Of a stretch of 64,000 nt of DNA, positions 58,840 to 64,000 are shown piece after piece. The translations under genes and the position numbers were made by a program. Position 1 is the stretch's first letter. Every line of letters starts with the position of its first letter. Location: the NCBI GenBank assembly GCA_043228905.1, contig JBHGNT010000003.1, positions 10,168,001 to 10,232,000 of the forward strand, read 5' to 3'. This DNA comes from Azolla caroliniana. Taxonomy: Eukaryota; Plantae; Polypodiophyta. The notes beneath the pieces were generated by a model that made no database searches, had not been told where the DNA came from, and saw only the letters and a list, made by a program, of their open reading frames with translations.

Positions 58840-60481
58840 GCGAAAGATATATGTATTATATGAAGGAAGATATACAACAGTAGTTAGAAGGCTTAAGACT
58901 GGCGTTGAACCGATTTGGTTCGAACTAATGCCTTGCGCCTCCTTTTATAGTGTCTTCAGGAATACTCCTGAAGTTTCTAGAATGTTCCAGAGAAATCTGG
59001 AATATACATCAATTTCCCAATAAAACCTAAATGAAAATAATATCCTTCAAATTACAATTCATAACCTAATGGTAAAGTCTCGACCCGTGTAACAAAAGGT
59101 TATGGGTTCGAGTCTAGTTATGACAACCGGCTTCTCCAGCTCCGGCTCCATCGAAAGACTTTTCCGCTTCACCAAGTCTATGATGGAGTCGTGGAAGTCC
59201 TTGACGATACCGAGCACTTCCCTCAGCGACATCTCCACTTTTCTGTCGAGGATCCATTCCTCCAGGACCTTTCGTAGGTCCGTGGTCCTTTCGATCTCTA
59301 TGATCAACCGATAACCAGCCTTCTTGGCCTTGTCCGGTGTAGCGGATGCACCGACATCATTCTGCTTTGGCCCGAACCGGATCTCATACCATTGTGAGGG
59401 TTCGGCCCCCTCGATCTTTACCGCGCGCTTGTCTTCCACCAGAACCTCGTAGTTCTGGCACACGGCTTCCACGAAGCCCGTCTTCTCCTCGACCAGGTCA
59501 CTCCACCCGGTTACCTCCCAGACCTGTCTTTCCACACGGTCCGCTTCCTCTTTCCTTAGCCGTACGCTGGCTAGGCCTTCCAGCATCAACGGCCAGAACC
59601 TGAAGTCCTTTGTTTTCCGGACTTCATCACTTCCGACCCGTATTCCAGCCGACGCCGATAAATGGACGGTCTCCGCATGCCGAGCTGCTGCTTCTTCCAT
59701 CAGCCGTTTCATACCCCCTCATCCGACATTCAGATCCAGGGCCCTTCGGATGTCGCTAGCGTGCACCCGACCATTCCATAGGTACACCACGTTAGCTCTT
59801 ATCGCTTCGGCGAAGTCCCCGCAGTCCTTTCAGGCGTGGCCGACCGCGTCGCACCACAAGCACCGGAGGCCTTCGATCACAGACTTGTTCGCCGCCGTCC
59901 CTCCGTGCTTGTGCAATCTGGAGGTCCCTCACCATCTGAGTCAGCTCCTCCAGAGCCGCTCCTCTGGACGAGCCTTTGACCATGCTGGTCAAAGTCGAGC
60001 CGGGCTCGAGCCAATCTTGGGTCTCTTCCCTTCGCGACGATGGGGGTACCTCGACCTTCCTTGTCGCAACGGAACCCGCCCCCATCAAGCCTTTATCGAC
60101 CCACTTACGCCGTTTGACAAAACGGCCGCAGACTCTCTTTACCACGGCCTAGTCGGTTGTTAGGTCGTCATCGGTCTCAAGCAGGAAGCCCAACGACAAT
60201 GAGTCGACTCACTCACTCGACAGTGAGTTCGGCGGTTTCGAGGTACCAATCGGAGCTAAGAAGGTCCTCCGGGATGTCCCTCATCACCATTTCGGCTCGG
60301 TAAGCCTCCAAATAGCTCGTGGCGTCCTTCCCACCGAACCGGCCTATCGTGCCGATGACTGCTTCAATAGCCCTATCGAGGGCGCCTGTGCCTTCGCACG
60401 CACTCACTATCTGATCCACAACCGAAGCCATGTCCTCTACAAGATCCGACCCTCTCATCTTTCTATTCCTCTGCCACCTGT

Positions 60482-60499
60482 TTCATGTCGGGTTCACCA
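60482..60499 (-). promoter_or_regulatory. PBS of element I, complementary to the tRNA-Trp 3' end
   Basis: Plus-strand TTCATGTCGGGTTCACCA versus the recalled plant tRNA-Trp end TTCACGTCGGGTTCACCA. Confidence 0.75.
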
Positions 60500-61149
60500 A
60501 ATATGTCGCGTTGTTACGCGCGTGCGTGGAGAACGAGGCGGGACCACGGGGGCCTTGGACTGAGGAGTAACCGAATGAGAAGAAGGGGAAGGAAACCACC
60601 GATGTGCTTCACACGCGCGCAAACACACAGATTCCCAGGAGTTGAATAATGGAGATAGAACGAATGTATATGTATATATAAACCGAGGAGTTACAACTGG
60701 CAAGCCGGCTAGTGATAGGCTCCGACGCTTGCACACACACACACAGAACGCGAGATGGAGACTCTACCGGAAGCACTCGGGCGTTCCGCGGAGCAGAGTC
60801 AGCCTCCCGAAAACCCGCACAACACGACTATCGAGAAGATAGAGAAGAAGAGATCGCTTCCAGTCCAGCAGCAATTCGTTCTCTACAAAGCGCGATCCCC
60901 TTTTTCCCCACACCTCTCCCTCTCTTTTATAGCGCAAGGAGGGAGGCCGTTACATCATGTTTATTGCCTGTCCGTTTGGATAGGGATACGCCTCGATTTT
61001 CTCCCTAATGAATGCGTGCTACCTAGGATTTCACCTCAGCCGACTTGTACCTATCTATGTACTATACAACAAAACTTGTGTCTACGTGTAAGGGCCGGTT
61101 TACGCACGTTATACCCGTTTTCCGCCTAGCGACGGTTTTCTCCACGACA

Positions 61150-61600
61150 ACGTGCGGTTTGGTGGGGGTGGATGTCGTGAAGATTTTCGGCAATGGTGTG
61201 AAAATCACATAAAACGTACGAAATCGAGTGCAATTCATATAAAATAATAATATTGAAGATACTAATTTAAAGTAAGTTTAATATCTTAATACAAAAAGAT
61301 AGAAGTCTTGAAGAGCTTTCGGATGCACTTTATTATATAAGAAACGGACATCTAAGTGTCAACTTATGTGGGTAGGAAGTTCGCAAAGACAAAGAGAAAA
61401 ATAAAATTGTGAGATATCCCACATAGACAGGAAATAAGGATCTCACCATATATAACGTAGAGCAAAAGCTATTATCTTTGTGTCTATGTGTGGAGCATAG
61501 AGAGCTGTATTTCGGGTGGAAGCCGAATTTGTGACACCTTCGGATATTCAGTAGCATAGCATATGTGCATGTATCGAATGAGAAGCGGCTAGTGAACCCG
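61150..61600 (+). mobile_element. Probable PPT and LTR start of a further gypsy element
   Basis: GGTGGGGGTGGA is directly followed by TGTCGTG at 61173. The right boundary is not resolved. Confidence 0.4.
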
Positions 61601-64000
61601 GAGAGGTTCAAGTAGAAGATGAGGAATTTTGTACTCTAGAAGAGAGTCTGATCGCATTTCGGTTGAGCAGGCCAAATGATGGACTGAGTCGGAATGACCA
61701 GTCGGATGAAGAACCGATGAGTAGTGGAGACTCTGTCGTACTCTCCCTGCGCAAGGAATCGAGGAGATGGTTCACACGCAAAGTGAAGTGGAAGAAGAAG
61801 ATGTTGGGATATGACACCGGTAGTGAAGGGTGAGATCGGAGTGAATCTAACATTGGAAAGGATGAAGGCGGACCTTTAGAAACGAAGTCCAAACCGACCA
61901 AGGAGGGCCTCAAACCGGCTGCCTCAAACTATACCGGTCAACCCGCCAAAAGATCCCCGTAAAACGGTATAGACACAATGAGTACACGACGCATCACTAT
62001 GCGTACATGACCAAGGTGGCGGAAGTGCGTTAGCCGAAGAGCTATGTAGAAGCAGCGAAAGACGCAAATTGGTGCACTGCTATGGAGGAAGAAATGCAGG
62101 CACTCGATGTCAACGACACATGAGATCTAATTGACCCTCCCCGTCATTGTAAACAAATTGGTTGTAAGTCGGTATATAAGGTAAACTACAATGCCGACGG
62201 TTTGGTCAACCGGTACAAGGCCCGGTTAGTGGCGAAAGGATACACATAGACCCACGGAATCGACTACGACGAGACCTTCGCTCCGGTAGCGAAGATGACG
62301 ACGGTTCGTGTGGTATTGGCTGTTGCTATGGCAAGGGGATGGCATCTTCACCAAATGAACGTGAAGAATGTGTTTCTTCAAGGTGACCTTGAAGAACGGG
62401 TCTATATGAACCAACCCCCCGATTTTCAATCGAAGTTGAACAAGTCGTCGGTGTGCCGACTCAAAAAGTCACTTATTGGTCCAAAGCAAGGCCCCCGAGC
62501 TTGGAATGCGAAAATCACGCATCGGTTGCATAAGATGCGGTTTGTGGCCTCAAAGTTTGACTCTTCACTGTTCATCCGGAAAGGTCTGGATGGTCCGGTT
62601 AGTATCCTACTATATGTAGATGATCTAGTCATCACTAGACCAAGACTCGATGAAATCGGCCGAGTGATGTCCCAATTGTTGGAAGCATTTGAAATGAAGG
62701 ACTTGGGGGACCTTCATTATTTTCTTGGGATCGAGGTGATCTGGACCCCCAATGGAATATTTCTCTTACAATGCCATGATGTGTTGAATATGTTGTACAA
62801 GTTCGGCATGACGGAATGTCGATCGATCTCCACACCCCTAGACCGGAACCTGAAGCTACGTCCCGACTCCGGACCGGCATGCAATGAGAAACGGTTCTGA
62901 CAAAATTGTCAGAAGCCTTATCTACTTGACAATCACCCGACCCGACATTAATTATTCGATTGTAGTGATCAACCAGTTTATGCACAAGCCAACTGTGGAG
63001 CATCTTCACCAAGCTGCTCAGATCAGACAAGTTGCAGCACTTTTCAGAGATGCTCGGCATTCAACATCTCGATGTGCTGCACTTAAGGGGGAGAATGGGA
63101 ACCGAAACGGGTAATGGCACCGGACAAGGAGCCGAAGAGAAAGAGGAATGAGCCAAGACAGGGGGAGATAAGAAGAAAAAGGAAGTTGAGTCGACTAGAA
63201 AAGTTGATATATCCGAGCAAGTCGGAATAAGCGGCGGTGGCGGCAAACTCAGAAAGGACACAACCAACCGGAAGGAGAAGACCAAGACCCGGACATGGTC
63301 CAATGTTGTGAAAGGCCTGAAAACGGAAGACGAGCTAGAGACTACCAACACGGACAAGAGCTGGAATGAATTGTAGACAACCGATTTGATTCAACAGTTG
63401 GATTCGGATAATTCAGATCAACTAAAGGTTAAGCGAATGACAACGCAGCGGAAGTCAATGCCAACACGGAGGAACCGGCCAGTCGACAAGCGCCGGAGTC
63501 ATGACGGCGAGGAAGCTGAGAAGGGCCTATTGCGTAGACATGTCGACCAAGAAGGTCGAGGAGTGCAAAACTGAACAGGTCGTGGAAGGAAGAACCAGAC
63601 CGGACGAGGAGGGCAAGCAAGGCGGGAGGACGCCAGAAGGAGTCGGACGGAAGAACCGACTACCACAGAAACTTACTTGACCTCAAGTTGAGCTTGAGGG
63701 GGAGTGTTGAGTGAGCAAGCTCAACTGGATCCAGATCGGTATCCGGAACGGAGAACCAAATCGATGTCTGGATGATATCCGGAACCAAGAGTCGGATTGG
63801 AGAGCCGAATCGGATTGAAACTGGTAGGCCGTTAGAGGCCTACGGATCCAGCCTAGTACGTAGGCATATTTTTGGGAGTTCGTGTCAATCGCTCGTATGA
63901 GCATTGAAGTACCTATCAGTCCTTTATGGACTTGTATAAAAGTGCTCTCTCAGCATATTCTATGTACACAGAGGAGTTTTATTTTTTAATTGAGTTTATG
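61600..64000 (+). mobile_element. Decayed Copia element J (RT, partly deleted RH, 3' LTR from 63705 running off the window)
   Basis: [25 protein letters not shown] and YFLGIEV motifs, and GAGGGGGAG|TGTTGAG. The LTR is related to H. Left boundary approximate. Confidence 0.88.

Larger units (their letters stand above)
53366..59125 (-). mobile_element. Intact young Tcn1-like chromovirus F
   Basis: LTRs at 53366-53836 and 58661-59125 appear identical except for (GA)n length. TSD ACCGG, PPT AAAGGGGGGATAG, and uninterrupted gag and pol. Confidence 0.97.
51216..61149 (-). mobile_element. Decayed non-chromovirus gypsy element I (5' LTR 60504-61149), RT largely deleted, interrupted by F
   Basis: TGTCG...CGACA LTR, PBS at 60499-60482, gag remnants at 59131-60458, protease LVDHGSEINLM, RNase H VDTSPTGIG...ADMLSR and integrase CRYGCVGKIVAD...AYNPEAN. 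Confidence 0.85.

Overview
AT-rich land-plant genomic DNA, most likely from a moss. This is inferred from the Tcn1-like chromoviruses, the (CCCTAAA)n telomere repeat and plant tRNA-matching primer-binding sites. The window holds one host gene, a three-exon GH17+X8 beta-1,3-glucanase with a probable GPI anchor (minus strand, 1760-3848). About 55 kb of nested LTR retrotransposons follow. These include one intact, very young self-priming chromovirus with a -1 frameshift signal (F, 53366-59125), an Athila/Phygy-like gypsy with a roughly 900-codon extra ORF (A, 9879-20268), a gag-only element with TG...TA ends (B, 20740-24129), a tRNA-Trp-primed fungal-like gypsy (I), two decayed chromoviruses (C, G) and six related Copia copies. 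Also present are a hAT-type MITE, five tandem tRNA-Arg(UCU)-derived units, a 6x150 bp satellite and several repair scars (tandem duplications, telomeric filler, a templated insertion, a fold-back LTR). The most notable unexplained signals are tRNA-like Pol III A/B-box cassettes at constant spacing inside several different LTRs, and a regularly spaced palindrome array in the leader of element B. All coordinates were read by eye and no database search was run.
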